64,000 bases of DNA, from NCBI GenBank assembly GCA_010015805.1, contig ML978125.1, positions 806,001-870,000 of the forward strand. Direction: 5' to 3'. The translations under genes were made by a program, and so were the position numbers. Source of the DNA: Rhizodiscina lignyota. Its lineage: Eukaryota. The number at the start of each line of letters is the position of its first letter. The first letter of the stretch is position 1. Positions 37,301 through 50,549 of the stretch are shown here, in pieces. The notes beneath the pieces are model-generated. The model had not been told where the DNA came from, did no database searches, and saw nothing but the letters and a program-made list of their open reading frames with translations.

Positions 37301-38570
37301 TGGTATTGCAATAATGTTTGATGGAAATGTTGGAGTGTGGAATGTGGATGTGTGGTTGAGAATATTTATTGTTGTTATTGCTGTGGGGCTATTGTTTTGG
37401 TACATTGTTGTGGTATCTTATTTCATCCTGTGTTATGCACATGAAAACTAACAGGTGAGCACTAGAGTGACAAAGGGCTCCAGGTGAGCAACAGAGCGAC
37501 GAAGGGCTCCAGGTGAAATAAACATGTGAGTGACAGAAGCTATGCTGAAGCCTATGCAATGCTAAGTATTTCAGGAGGACGCACGTCACGCCGCATCGAG
37601 GTGCCTGCTGTCGCTCTATGTGAAGGGTTGTCCCTTGTTGAAACAGCACCTGCTATGGCAACAACACTGACCTGTCAGATACTACATGGCTGCTAGGAGT
37701 TCTGAGTTTAGTTTATGAAGGCAACCATTCTATTAACCTTAGCGGCTTTGCCGGCCTTTTAACTGGAGGAAGGTTTCAATCCGCGCGTTTCAGCTTTTCC
37801 GTACGAACCCACAAACTCGATGCGACAGTCGTTGCTAAGGGCACAGCTCCTAGGCAATTTCGCAGAGGAGCAGTGACAATAATGAGCAATATCATAGGCC
37901 AGAGTACACGCTGCCAGCTGGACACGTATCAAACTTGGAGGCACGAGTATTTGCGAAGAATAGAAAAATTAACGCTTTCAATTGCCCCTGAGGCCCGGCC
38001 CGACATCCTCACAAGGTGATGCCGCTAGGCTAAATCTGGAAACCTCGGACACTTTTTCAGACTTCAGTCGCCGTATGGCCGGGTTTCTCACACGATTCGG
38101 CGAAAGAGTTCACAAGTTCATGCCTTGCTTTATGATGAAAAGGTTTCATACTTGCCTGTGGAGGGCTGCTGGGTCTGAACGTGTCCGCAAACGCTAGGCC
38201 TCTTTCCATTCCATGCGGTCTTTACTGTGCTCATTAGGCGATACCTCTTAACTCTCACGCCACGTATTAGCAAATTCATCCCACTTTCTCAGTCATTCTC
38301 TCAAGCATCTGCTCCGCTTCAGTCGCTTCCATCGTTCCTCCTGTTGAGTCTATGTCTCTCTACCCGCGGGCACCGCGGAGATCGCTTAGAATAAGTGGCA
38401 TCTGCGATGGATGTACCGCGAGAAATGCTCCATTTATGGGGCCTTCATCCCTATACCATTGTGCTTAGTTTTCGTATGAGTTTGCTTTTCTATATATGAT
38501 GAAGAGTATAATACGAACTACATTCCAAGCTGTCCTGAATAGATCTTCAACTCGACAAAACACTCGAAAC

Positions 38571-39993
38571 ATGACAACCGGTGGATATAACACCATACCT
38601 CCTCCTATGTTCTGTTTGTTCATCTAATATGCATTTAGTGACTCCAAAGTTTCCATTCGCCCGAGAGCACGGTGCCGAGCCTTCTATTCTCAATGCAAAG
38701 CTCCGTGGGCAAGGTCCTGTATCGGAGGTGGAGCTGTTCGACGGCAGCAAAGCCTGGGTAGTAACGCAAAATCAGTTGATTTGCGACACATTGGCTAGGG
38801 ATGGGAAGGACCTTTCAGCAGTAAATTATGACTTCAGACATGGGCACATACTGCACTCTAATCCTTGGACAGGATCGCCGTCAGCCGAACTACCCGGAAA
38901 TCCACGAAGGTGGAAGCAAGGCGAAAGAAGCCCGACCTACTTTCGTAAACCTTGATGATCCGGAACATGCCAAGCAGAGGTGAGTACACAGATCGCTTTT
39001 TCTTTGATCGGTTGAATGGTAATGGTTCCGGAAAACAGGGCGATATTGGAACCTGCTTTCGCCCCGATAGCCGTAGAGTCCTACCGACCGATGATGCGGA
39101 GGATCATCAACGACGTCCTAGACAAGATGGAGCAGAAAAAGGGCCAGCAGCCGATTGACTTGATTAAAGAGTTTGCGGCGCCAGTGCCGACTCAGATCAT
39201 CTACCAGCTCCTTGGCATCCCGGAGTCAGATGTGGATGAACTTTCAAAGGACTCTGAGATCCGCGCCAGTACGAGCCGCAATGCCGCCGAGACTTCTAAC
39301 TTGACCTTGCAGAAATACATCCATGATCTTGCTGAACTCAGGATCAAGAAGAAGGAGAATGACCTCGTGAGCGACCTCGTAGATCATTATGAGAAAGGTG
39401 ACCTGGAAAGGGAAGATATCGACGCGCTGTCTTTCCTTATTCTCACTGCCGGTAACGCAGCGCTGATCAGTACAATCGGCATGGGCGTCATTGCACTGTC
39501 GCAGCATCCGGAGCAGCTTGAGGAATTCAAGCGAGATCCAAGCTTAGCACCAGATGTCGTTAACGAGATTATGCGATACTATACAGCATCTGCACTCAAC
39601 TGCCGCCGAGTGGCGACACATGAGTTCAAGATTGGTGGGCATGTCATTAAACCCGGCGACAAAGTCATTTGTGCAGTGCAGTCGGGTGACAGAGACGAAG
39701 CGGTGTATCCAAATCCAGAAAAATTTGATATCCATCGCAAGCATGACCCAACGAAGCTTCTTGCTTTTGGTTTCGGGCCCCATCGCTGCGTGGCAGAGGG
39801 TATATCAAGACTTCAGCTAGAGATGGCTTTCAGTAAGTATAGCTCATCACTCCGGTCCGCTTGATAATGACGGTGATTAGCTTCATTGTTCCAACGATTT
39901 CCCAATTTAAGACTAGCGAAAGATCCTTCCGAGTTGACCTATACTCCACCAGCACAGAACATCAGCGTCGCTGAGGTGCCGGTCTATCTTTGA
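38571..39993 (+). CDS. CYP55: Cytochrome P450 of the CYP55 (P450nor, nitric oxide reductase) family, divergent
   Basis: PKFPFAR...EP, VELFDGSKAWVV, PTFVNLDDPEH, DLIKEFAAPVP, I-helix AGNAA, YTASAL, heme motif FGFGPHRC; soluble (no TM anchor); 4 introns. Confidence 0.85.
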
Positions 39994-40286
39994 GTAATTC
40001 TGGTAGTGTGGACTCGCTCTAAATGCCATCTATTGCATTGGGGGACCTTCTGTTATAGATCAAATAGATGTAGACGTGTCATCCATTAAATCATATTTAC
40101 TTTGCTCCCGATGCTAAGTGGCTGCAAATTTCTCATTCTAGGTATTGGGCCGGAGAAAGGAGGGTGGAAGTCATTGAGACACTTCAAGAAGGCTGATTGA
40201 CGATCAAAAGTTACACTTCGGTTTAATTCTACACACGGTTGCATGCCGTTTGCGAAACAGCGCAGGAAATTGCCCTCCAAATTTTT

Positions 40287-41309
40287 TTACATGTCCTCTG
40301 AAGCAGTAGCACCAGTGATAATCTCGACCAACTCTCCCGTGATGACGGCTTGTCGGGTACGGTTATAGACAATTTGGTACCTGCTGATCATATCACCAGC
40401 GTTCTTGGAAGCGTTATCCATTGCATTGCGGCGGGCAGATTGCTCGCATGCGTGGCCTTCAGCAAGTGCCTGGGATAGTTCGTCAGTAGCTGGTAAGTCT
40501 ATGTATAGTTGCAACATACCCAGTAGAGAGAGTTTGCCAGCGAGTATTCCCTGAGGTTTTCCAAGACGCCATCATCCATCTCGAATTCCGCAATATTGGG
40601 AGACTCGGTGATTGCCTCCTCAGAGTACGCGGGAACAGTCACAGGCTCGTAGCTCTGTGCGTTGAGGAACTTGTTGTACATGATTGAGACTGAAGCATAA
40701 TCTGTGGGCAGCAAAACGATCTGGTCCGCAATGGCTTGGGCGTCTGCGAATGTTGGAACATCCTTGCCAATGCCTGCGAAGCTAAGTTGCACGTTCTTTG
40801 CGCTCGACCTGCCCAGCTGCGCCTTGCACTTCTCGCCAACGATGACCAAGTCGGTGTCAGGGTGGTCAACAAGTAAGGCTCGCGTCCTTCTGGTCATGCC
40901 AGAGTGAATACCACCGCAGAGACCTTTGTCGGAGCTGCAGATAATGAGGAGATCCTTCTTGCCCTCACCCTCTAGCGGCTTCGTCTCAGCCTTCTCGAAC
41001 ACGGTGTTTGAGGTTTGCCCGTACGACCGAGACTCCCTCATAGCCTTTTGCGCGCGAGTGAGCTTGGTTGAAGCGACGATCTTCATGGTCTTGGTGATCT
41101 TCTCGATGTTACGGATGGACTTGAGACGGCCTTCGATTTCTTTAAGGGTGGCATAATTGGCAGTCTGCAGGGCAACCGGCCTAGGTAGAATTGTTCGTTA
41201 GTCTCCGGATCTATCATCTTGTGTATATCCGAGCTGGTTCCTGAGGAGCATACCGAGCAGAGGCTGCAGTGGCAGCTCTGAGAGCCGGACGGGCAGCGCG
41301 CGAGAGCAT
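40287..41309 (-). CDS. ATP3: Mitochondrial F1 ATP synthase gamma subunit
   Basis: Presequence [64 protein letters not shown]. Confidence 0.97.
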
Positions 41310-41488
41310 CTTTCACAACGTCAATTCGAGTGAAAGAGGATATGTAATGCTCCCGCCGATGCTCCGGATAGCAATTGAGATGAGGCGCGGCGAGATGGCG
41401 TAGATGAGAGCTGGTGAGGGAGCTCGCGGACCCGATTGACGATTTCAAAACGGAGAAGCACAGGCCACTTGGTGCAGGAGCCAAGCCA

Positions 41489-41496
41489 TCACGTGA
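41489..41496. promoter_or_regulatory. TCACGTGA E-box (Cbf1/bHLH-type) in the ATP3-TOP1 bidirectional promoter
   Basis: Palindromic octamer between the two divergent starts (41309 and 41790). Confidence 0.4.
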
Positions 41497-41789
41497 CCTG
41501 TTCGGGCCAGCGATTAAAGAACAGCAGAAGGCTCCACTTCGCTGCTTCACTTCTTCTTTTCACCTCTTGTCATTTTCCCCACGCCTCGGTCGCTACCTGG
41601 CTTCCCACTATATTCAATCTCGCCGTAGTAGGCTCGCGTTGCGGCCTCTGCCTCACGCGTCGAAGCCTCGCCTTCACACGTCCCTTCTTCCTCACGCCTA
41701 TCAGAAACAACACCACTCAGCGCAACACGCTTCCCGAGCGCAACGGCAACTTCCCATTTCCTCGAGTCGCATCTCGACTTCCTCTCACC

Positions 41790-44700
41790 ATGGCCTCGTC
41801 TTCAGAAGATGATGTGCCGCTCGTCAAGAGCAAGGCCAACGGCGGTAAGTCACTTTCAGGCGCAAAAGCTCTCTTTCACGCTATCTTTCGGCGCCGCTTG
41901 TCTCTGTATATCACTCAACAAAGCCTCCCTAACATGACAACACTCGAATCTCATTTCATATGCATCTCAATCTCCCTTTGAGCTATTGCTAATGCGACAA
42001 ATCGCAGTTAAATCTTCTGACACCATCCCCAAGAGTGTTGATCAAGCGATGGACAAAGAAAATCCCACAAATGGCCACGTCGAGGCTGGCATTTCCGTTC
42101 GCCATGGGCCTGTGGAAGAGATGGATGTGGATGAAGACGCGAATGGCCCTATAATGGCGAATGGCGTCACAAATGGCAAGCGGAAGGCGAGGAGCAGTGT
42201 GACCAACGGAAAGAGTTACAAAGAGGCATCATCCTCAGAAGAAGACGACAAGCCTCTAGTGCGTCAAATACAACCTTATAGATCCCATTGTTTCACTCCG
42301 CTAACTCTTCGCAGAGCAAGCGTCGCAAAATGGCCGCGCCTCCTAAGCCAGTCCTGGACTCGGATTCAGAGTTGAGCGACGAACCACTTATCAAAGCGAA
42401 AGCTAAAATGCCTCCTAAAGTCACAGCTGCTCAGGTTGGCGAAGACTCAGACTCCGATCAACCCATCACCGAGAAGCTTGCGAAGAAGAAGGAGAAGATC
42501 GAAAAGGCTGCGGAAAAGACAGCAAAGGCCATTCGCGCTGAGGAGGCATCGTCTGCTAAAAAGAAGAAGCAGAAGAGAGTTGACAGCGATGATGAGGACG
42601 ACGTTCCCCTTGCTAAGAAAACCACCAAGAAGATTGCGAAACCGAAAAAGGAGGAGAGTGATGACGATATTCCTTTGCGTCGCAAGGCACCTGCCGTTTC
42701 AGCTAAGAAAGACAAGACTAAGGTCAAAGCTGAAGCTGTATCTCCAGCAAAGAAGGCAAAGGGCAAAGTAAAGGCTGAGAAGACGGAAGATGATCTTGCA
42801 GCCGAAGCAGAAGAAGAAGAGTTTCGTTGGTGGGAGAATATGGACAAGAACGACAATTCTATCAAGTGGAATACCCTTGAGCACAATGGTGTTGTCTTTC
42901 CGCCAGAATACGTGCCGCTACCAAAGAACGTTAAGCTCGTTTACGACGGTGTTCCTATTTCTCTTCATCCAGATGCCGAAGAGATTGCTGGCTTCTACGG
43001 CGCAATGTTGAACTCTGAGGTCAATGTTAGCAACCCGACCTTCAACGAGAACTTCTTCTTTGACTTCAAGGCTATGTTGGATAACACTGGCCATGGAAAG
43101 GATAAAGATGGCAACAAGATCAAGATTAAGGAGTTCGCGAAGTGTGACTTCAAGCCAATCTTCGAGTATTATGATGCGGAACGTCAGAAGAAGAAGGCAT
43201 TGCCGGCCGTCGAGAAGAAGGCATTGAAAGCCGAGAAGGATGCCGCCGAAGCACCATATACTCATTGCATGTGGGATGGGCGCAAGCAGAAGGTCGGAAA
43301 CTTCCGTGTTGAACCTCCAGGCTTGTTCCGTGGTCGTGGCGAGCACCCCAAGACCGGCAAGGTCAAGCAGCGCGTTCGACCCGAGCAGATTACGCTCAAT
43401 ATTGGCAAAGACGCAAAGGTACCGACACCACCAGAGGGCCACAAGTGGAAAGAGATCAAACACGACCAGACCGCCACTTGGCTCGCGACATGGCAGGAGA
43501 ACATCAACGGTGCCTTCAAGTATGTCATGCTTGCGGCTAGTTCAGACATCAAAGGCCAGAGCGACTACCAGAAGTTCGAGAAGGCGAGAGAACTCAAGAA
43601 GCACATCGATCGTATTCGAAAGGACTACAACCGAGAACTCCAGTCGAAGGTCATGGCCGATCGCCAGCGCGCCACAGCTGTCTACCTCATTGACAAGTTC
43701 GCCCTTCGTGCTGGAAATGAAAAGGGCGAGGATGAGGCCGATACCGTTGGCTGCTGCTCTCTCAAGTACGAACATGTCACGCTCAGGCCCCCAAATACTG
43801 TCATCTTCGACTTTTTGGGTAAGGACAGTATCCGCTTCTACGATGAAGTGGAAGTCGACACGCAAGTCTTCAAGAACCTCAAGATCTTCAAGAAGGAGCC
43901 TAAGGGACCAGGTGACGAGATCTTCGACCGCCTAACGACTTCCGCTCTGAACAAACATCTCAGTAGCTACATGACTGGTCTAACTGCAAAGGTTTTCCGT
44001 ACTTACAACGCATCTTGGACTATGTCAAACCTGCTCAAGGACATGAAGTCCACTGGTACCATCCCGGAGAAGGTCAAGGATTACAATGATGCCAATCGTC
44101 AAGTCGCTATTCTTTGCAATCACAAACGTACCGTTGCTGCCGGTCATGCTGGACAGATTGAGAAGATGCAGGAGAAGGTATGTTCCGAGGCACTCTTATT
44201 GGTGTTAGATTTTAGTTAACGCAGGCAGATCAACGGCATGCTCTACCAGCAATGGCGCCTCAAGCAAATGATGATCGATGTCGACTCAAAGATCAAGAAG
44301 AAGAAGGGTGCCGACTTCTTCGAGCTTCCCGAGGATCTTGACGAGGAATGGGTCAAGAAACACCAAGAATACCTGGTCGAAGAGCATCGCCAGAAGATCC
44401 GCAAGAAGTTCGAGAAGGAGAATGAGAAACTCGTGGCAGAGGGCCAGAAGGAGATGAAGGATAAGGAGCTTAACGATCGTCTCAAGGACGCTGACGAGCT
44501 CGAGAAGAAGTTCAAGAAGGAGAATAAGAGTAAGAAGGTTGCTGCCGAGGGCAAGAGCCCATCTATCGAGAAGTTGGAGGCTAGCATCGAGAAGATCCAG
44601 CAGCGCATCGAGACGAGTAAGATCCAGCTGGAGGATAAGGACCAGAATAAGGAAGTTGCGCTTGGTACTTCGAAGATCGTAAGTCTTCTACGATTCGCTT

Positions 44701-44864
44701 TCTTTCTACGATTTACTCATTGAAACTAGAACTATATCGACCCCCGTTTGACCGTTGTCTTCTCCAAGAAGTTCGACGTTCCAATCGAGCGCTTCTTCTC
44801 CAAGACTCTGCGCGAAAAGTTTGACTGGGCTATCAAGTCTGTCGACGAGGACTGGGAATTCTAA
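41790..44864 (+). CDS. TOP1: DNA topoisomerase I
   Basis: [58 protein letters not shown], spliced SKI|NYIDPR with the catalytic Tyr; 4 introns. Confidence 0.98.
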
Positions 44865-45761
44865 GCGTTCAGCGACCACTCAAACATTCCGTGGGCAGTT
44901 CATCAGAAACTTTTCCTAAGTTTTTTTCGTCTCACATGGCGAAGGATTGGCATCTGCATCTCGTGGGTTTAAGCATTGAAGGTGCATTGCATCGAAAACG
45001 GCGTTCTGCAATGCGTGCATTCGCAAAGGGTCAGGATTGTCAAAGCACATCGAAGCTGCGGAGACTGATCATTCTGGCATTTTCAGTTCGGGATTCTGAG
45101 GTTTTGCTTCTGCGTTTAGGTGGCAGTCGGTTACCGGCAGGTGGCAAAGTGCATGGTGAGCTGGGGCGGTCTTCTGAAGTCAAATGGTTTTTAGACCCTT
45201 TTCTGGTCTTCTGAATGCGACAGTCTACAGGTGTATACTACCCCAAAATCAAAATTGTCTTAGGCATTTCTCTCCAGGATTGCCCTGATACGCCCCTTTT
45301 ATGTGACCTTTCTCTTTCGGTGCCTCGTGCAGCGAGACATGGACATGGGGGACTGACTACCTTTGAAAGGGCTCGAGGGCGACAAAGAGGTGACTCTGAC
45401 GGATGTCGAAAGGGTGCAGCAAATACGAGACTGGCTCTTCAACTTAAGTGAGAGCATCATTGAAAGCTCAATGTGAGATATATATTCGCTACTGTTTACT
45501 AAGACAGTGGAAGAAACAAAACAGTAAATCCCTGAAGGTTGAACTCAACGCAGAAACGGCGGTGTTTGCTGCTCTTCCACGATGCTTCTGGGAGCAATTC
45601 TGAAGGCTTGATTATATATATATTAGCCAACGCCCAGTAACAGCATACAGATTTGATAAACTTATTATATCTTTACGGTAGTGACCATGTACTTTAATTA
45701 CTGCATATATTGTAGCGATGGGCTGTGTCGCTGTAACATTTGAAGAAGTCCATTCTACTGA

Positions 45762-46242
45762 GCAAGGTGTAACGTTTCAAAATGATCAACTCTTGCACTT
45801 CAAGGTAAGCCAGACCATATCTGAAGGTTTAACTACACGTTCTTTGGAGCGTATACTGCAGTAGTGAATCTTTGAAAATACTGTACGCTATACTGGCTAC
45901 AGTAGCATACACTGAGGCCGTCGGCCAAGGTGAGTAACGCCCAAGGCCGAGTAGTTCTTACACTTCGAAGCAAGCGATACCATCTCTAAAAGCTTGGTCT
46001 TACGCTCTTTAGAGCATTTACTACAATATCCAACTTTCGAAAACACTGTATGCTATATTGGCTGCCGTGGCTATACACCAAAGCCGTGCCGGGCAAGATG
46101 TAACCCTTAAGGGCGAGTAGTTCTGACTCTTTGAAGCAAGACTGCATCTAAAAGTTTAGTTATACATTCTTTAGAGTCTATACTGCAATAGTAAACCTTT
46201 GAAAATGCCTTACGCTATATTGGTTATAGTAGCTATACACCA
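45762..46242. repeat. Three degenerate tandem copies of a ~163-165-bp unit
   Basis: Anchors TTYGAAAA at 45871, 46036 and 46198. Recurrent CAAG.TG..TAAC, CTTTRGAG and TAYGCTATAYTGG...ATACAC blocks. Lies between convergent TOP1 and TAF2. Confidence 0.85.
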
Positions 46243-46551
46243 GTACGGATTGTCGTCGTAGGGCTGGGGCTCTATAGGATTCGGAGAGTTGAGTGCCCTA
46301 AGGGTAACTCGATAGGGAAAAGAAAACGGGAGTGTGGTAGCGACACCATAACAAGTGGTCATGGAACAAGTTTGTCTAATCGTTCTCATTTCATATATCC
46401 GAGAGCGCCTTCGCTTAACACTCGTGTCAAAAATGCTTATAAAGAGAAGGAACACATCCTCCAGTAGCCTCAATATAATTTAGAGACTAAAAAGTAGGCA
46501 ATGCCATACTAAAAGACTTTATGATACATGCTCCAATCGATTGATTGTGAT

Positions 46552-49500
46552 CTACTCCTTTTTACCTAACTTTAATTTCAACTTCACCGACTGCGACGGT
46601 GGTGTAACGCCATTGATTAACTCCATAAGCCGACGTTTTCCGACCTTCAACTTCACAATAAGCGACTTTTTGTTCGGCTGGCGAGCCCGAGGGGGGTGAG
46701 CAGGCGGCGGCGCAGGTGGCACAGGGGCAGGTGGTTGTACTGGTTGTACTGGTTGCACTGGTTGAGGTGGCACCACCGCCGGTGCCGGAGAAGCCTCTTT
46801 CTGCTTCTGCGTAATGCGAATAGTGGGATGTGGTTGCTTGACGTGGTCCTCCGTTGCGCGACGCTTGAGCTCGGGCGAGCCCTGGCGCTTCGCAGGCTGA
46901 GACTTTGTCGGTGGTGCGTATGGCTTCATCTTCGTCGTTCGGATCTTTTCGGTCTTAGAGAATCGAACCTTTCCGCCGCCGAGATGCTCAACACGCCAAT
47001 ATCGTGGGTATTGAAGAGTGACAACCAACTTCCCTTCACTTGGATCGTAAAGCACGTCGCAAAGATCAAGCAGTTCGACAAAGTCCTCGGCGCCAATACT
47101 GGGAGAACGCAGTGCCTGGAGCGTGGCATCTGCAAGGCCTTCGTCTTGACCGAGCTCGATCTTGAGAGCGCCCAAGGCCCCAGGAACGGTTTCTTTTCGC
47201 TTGAGTTCGGCTTGTCTTTGTTCTGTTGTCGACTGATCTTGTTCAACGATGAGACCACCATTCTGTTCCGGTATTGAGGCCTGTGTTTGAGGTTTGGTAA
47301 GGGAAGCATGTCCAAGGCCTAGCCACAGTGCGGTCCAAATTTGCTTTCGCATATACGGCGAGGTTTCGAAAGCAAAGCTCTGCACGATGTACTTCATCAC
47401 CGTTGGATTCGCCATAAATCCTAGCTGAGCAAGACCATCGAATGCCTTCACGCGGATCGAATCCGCGTTACCCGACCTGGTGGATTGCATAAAATCAACA
47501 CCCTTGCGTGGAATCGTCTTGCTCTGCATGAGAAGCTGCATGCAGTCCATTGACGTGACAGAGTGAATATTCTGATACGACGGTATCCACTCATCGATTC
47601 GTCGGTATCGCTCAATCTCATTGATTGCCTTCCTTTGAAATTCTGCTTCGGCAATGGCCGCCTCATCTTCTTCAAAGGAGAAATCGTATCTGGGTGCACC
47701 AGACTGAGATTTTGTGATAAGACTCTCTCCAAGACAGGACATGAGAATGGAGAGGTAGTAGCAGTCTGAGTACTCGTTGTTCGAGTTGTCGTTGAATTTA
47801 AGTTTGTCGACGAAGAACTGCTTGACGCGCATTGGGACCTTGCCATTGTTGTCTCGTACTCGAGCCATGGCGCGTGGAATGGCACATTGTATGAGATATG
47901 ATACCCGATCCGAGAAGTCGTTTGACCGTGTCATTAGAGAATCATTCAAGCAGAAGAACTCCTGGTATGCTTTCTCGAGATGATACAGGCCGATATAGTC
48001 TAGCTCTTCTCTTCCGTTCATGGCAAGGATATCTGCTGCCATCACTCGGATACCATGGAAGTATCGTCGGTCCATGAGGGTGCGGACACAGATTGCCGAT
48101 ATGAGAGGATGGGGGTGGTTTTGCGCTTGAAAGTAGAGGTATTGCATTGCCTGGAGTCTTGTTACTATGATGTATAGAAGGATAGAATGTAAGGACTCAC
48201 TTCGACTTGTGCTACAACGTCGTTATCCTGTTGCAGCTGCGAAACATACATGTAATGTGGCTGGTTGAACATGACTTTGGCGATCCACTCAAAATCTTTG
48301 TCGACGCGAATCCACTCATAGGACTCTTGAGCCATCTTCTCCTCATCCTCTTTGGACCAATCTGTCAATCGCCAATCCTTGACTTCTTCTTCTGATTGCA
48401 GTGTGTCACCAAGACAGTACAACAAGACATCGTCTTGGTTGTCTCCGGCCGTATCAATGCCCGTAGCTGCGGCCGCACGTTCTTTCTGTCGTCGACTTCG
48501 CTTGAGCCGCTTGTACTTGGTGTTGTACGGAATTTCGACTTTTGTAACTTGATCCTTGATCTCGACAATATGCTCGTAAGGTGTGCCATCAGCTTCATGA
48601 ATACGAATCGTCATTGGCCCTGTGAAGATCGGTTGGGTTTCGCTCCCGCCCACATCCAGTTGATCTTCTTTGACTCTGCGATGGAAATTCCCTGGCTCCA
48701 ACTTCTGCTCAACGATGGAATCCTTTTGCGACTGTCTGATAGTCAACTCCACCACAAGCTTCTTCTTGTTGAACCTTTGGGTGATGTAGAAGAGTGGACA
48801 ACCCGATCCATAGACCCACTGATCGAAGAAGGTATCTAGTTTCGAGTGGCCTACTTTCTCACATATTTTGAGGAAGTTTTGCGTCGAGATGGCACCATCC
48901 AAAAGGGCCTCGGTCTTCGCGTTCTGGAAAAGTCTCGCGTATATTCGGTTTACACCATTCCTACCAGATGCCTTTACAAGCCGCTGGTGGAGGATATGGA
49001 GGACCAACGGAGCTTTCAGCTTCATGAAGTCTCGCCATGCCGGAATCTGTGAGACGTGCTTGCCAAGCTCATGCAGAGATGGGCGATTCATGTCCGTGTC
49101 AACAATCTTGTCAGCAGCCATCTTATTCCGGAAGCGCTGCTCATTTTTGCCCCATAGCTCTTGACCGAAATGATCCGCGATGAAATGTTGGCCTCCGATT
49201 GCGATCCATTCATCTTCTCCTTCGCGTGGTATAACTGAAATGCCAATCCACTGTGCCGCAAGACCTCGTATCAGTTCACGAGTAACGTCGTCAAGTGGAT
49301 CCAAGATGTTCTCGGGAACTAGAAGGCGGGTACTGCAAATCGAAAGAGAAGCAGTGTCCGCTATGTTGGGCGCCAAGTCGTCTACAAAGCAGACTTTGTG
49401 ATTCGCAAAAGGGTAAACTCCGTAGTGAATCCCGATGAAGTCTAGCGCTGCTGCTAACGGCATGCACGTGTTCCGAATTTCTTCTGCTCGTCCGGGCAAA

Positions 49501-50549
49501 CAGAATCCGTGAACACGAGTAGCATTCGTGCCTAGCTTCTCGTCTTGATCACTCTCTCGGAACTCGGATAAGTTGACGTGCTCGAACGGGCCGATTGCAA
49601 ACCCGATGTGACGAGGTGCAACAAGGTTGTTAACTCGAAATGAGACTGTCTTGTGGGTTGGATCATTAGGATCGGTAATGTCGTCCGTCAGATCGCCAGA
49701 GCAAACCACGAGCATCTCCGTCGCCAGCTCTTCCCGGGTAAGTGAAATGATGTACTCGGACTGGTCAGTACCCGTCATCGAGTGGTCTCCGTTCGATTGA
49801 GTGACGCCATTGGGAAGATTGGAAGCTGAGGCAACTGCTGAAGGGGCTGGAGTCTTTCGAACTGCATCACCAAGTGTACGAGGACACCGAATAGAGATAT
49901 CCCATTCGTGACGTGACGAAGCCTTGTCGACACATGGAAATATGGAACATGCCGTACCAGCCAAGCTAGAGTTGTGGGTGTAGACATGTGGGTATCGATC
50001 GTCTCCGTCTAGAAGGCCAACGAAGTGGAGTCCGTCGCGGAAGGATGGTACTTCGAATTCGAGAGTAATGTCGAGGTTGACATACGACCCAACCATTTCA
50101 ATTCTTGGAACCGCAGAGTCAAGCACATCTCCATTAACAACTCCATTTGTTTGCGCATCAGGTCCGAGGATTAGAGGTTGCCGAGGAACTAGCGTTTGGC
50201 CGGCCTGCTTTATCTTCACTCCCCGTGGCATCGCTAATTCGAGCGCATCTTCTGGTTCCAGCGGGGCGAGCTTCAGCTCATCTTCCAGCCTCTCGCGAGC
50301 TATCTGGTGTTGATGTACCGTCCAGGAAGGGCGCATTTGTATTCGGGTGTATGGGTCGCTGTACTTCGGACTCACTGGGAAGCCTTCAATCTGCGCCTTC
50401 TTGATGATGCATTGTCGCGCATTAAGGCGTATGGTGTTTAGGTCTTGCGTCTTGGGTTGAATTGTGATAACCGTCTTTCCTTTCAGCGACCGTGTGACAA
50501 AGTCGACGTCGAGCTCAAGCTTCTGAGCTAAGACTGTGAATTCCTCCAT
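46552..50549 (-). CDS. TAF2: TFIID subunit TAF2 (M1 aminopeptidase-like fold)
   Basis: LNARQC, FPCVD, HIGFAIGPF, FFDQWVYGSGCP, FTGPMTIRIHEADGTPYEHIV, WIRVDKDFEWI, DVVAQ|VEA, DRRYFHGIR; one intron near 48200-48151. Confidence 0.95.

Noticed and set aside
37471..37516. AAGGGCTCCAGGTGA duplicated; also (GAGCGAT)3 near 4973-4993
   Set aside because: Tiny local duplications with no evidence of function.
5565..39993. Fumarate reductase plus P450nor as an anaerobic respiration cluster
   Set aside because: They are 31 kb apart with many unrelated genes between; OSM1-like genes are ordinary housekeeping genes.
43240..43935. Long alternative-frame and antisense ORFs overlapping TOP1 and other genes (e.g. 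22148-22867, 61793-62509)
   Set aside because: Shadow ORFs expected from codon bias in real genes; no domain features.
45762..46242. Repeat array as CRISPR or 5S rDNA
   Set aside because: Eukaryotic context; the whole unit repeats with no unique spacers and no 5S sequence motifs.
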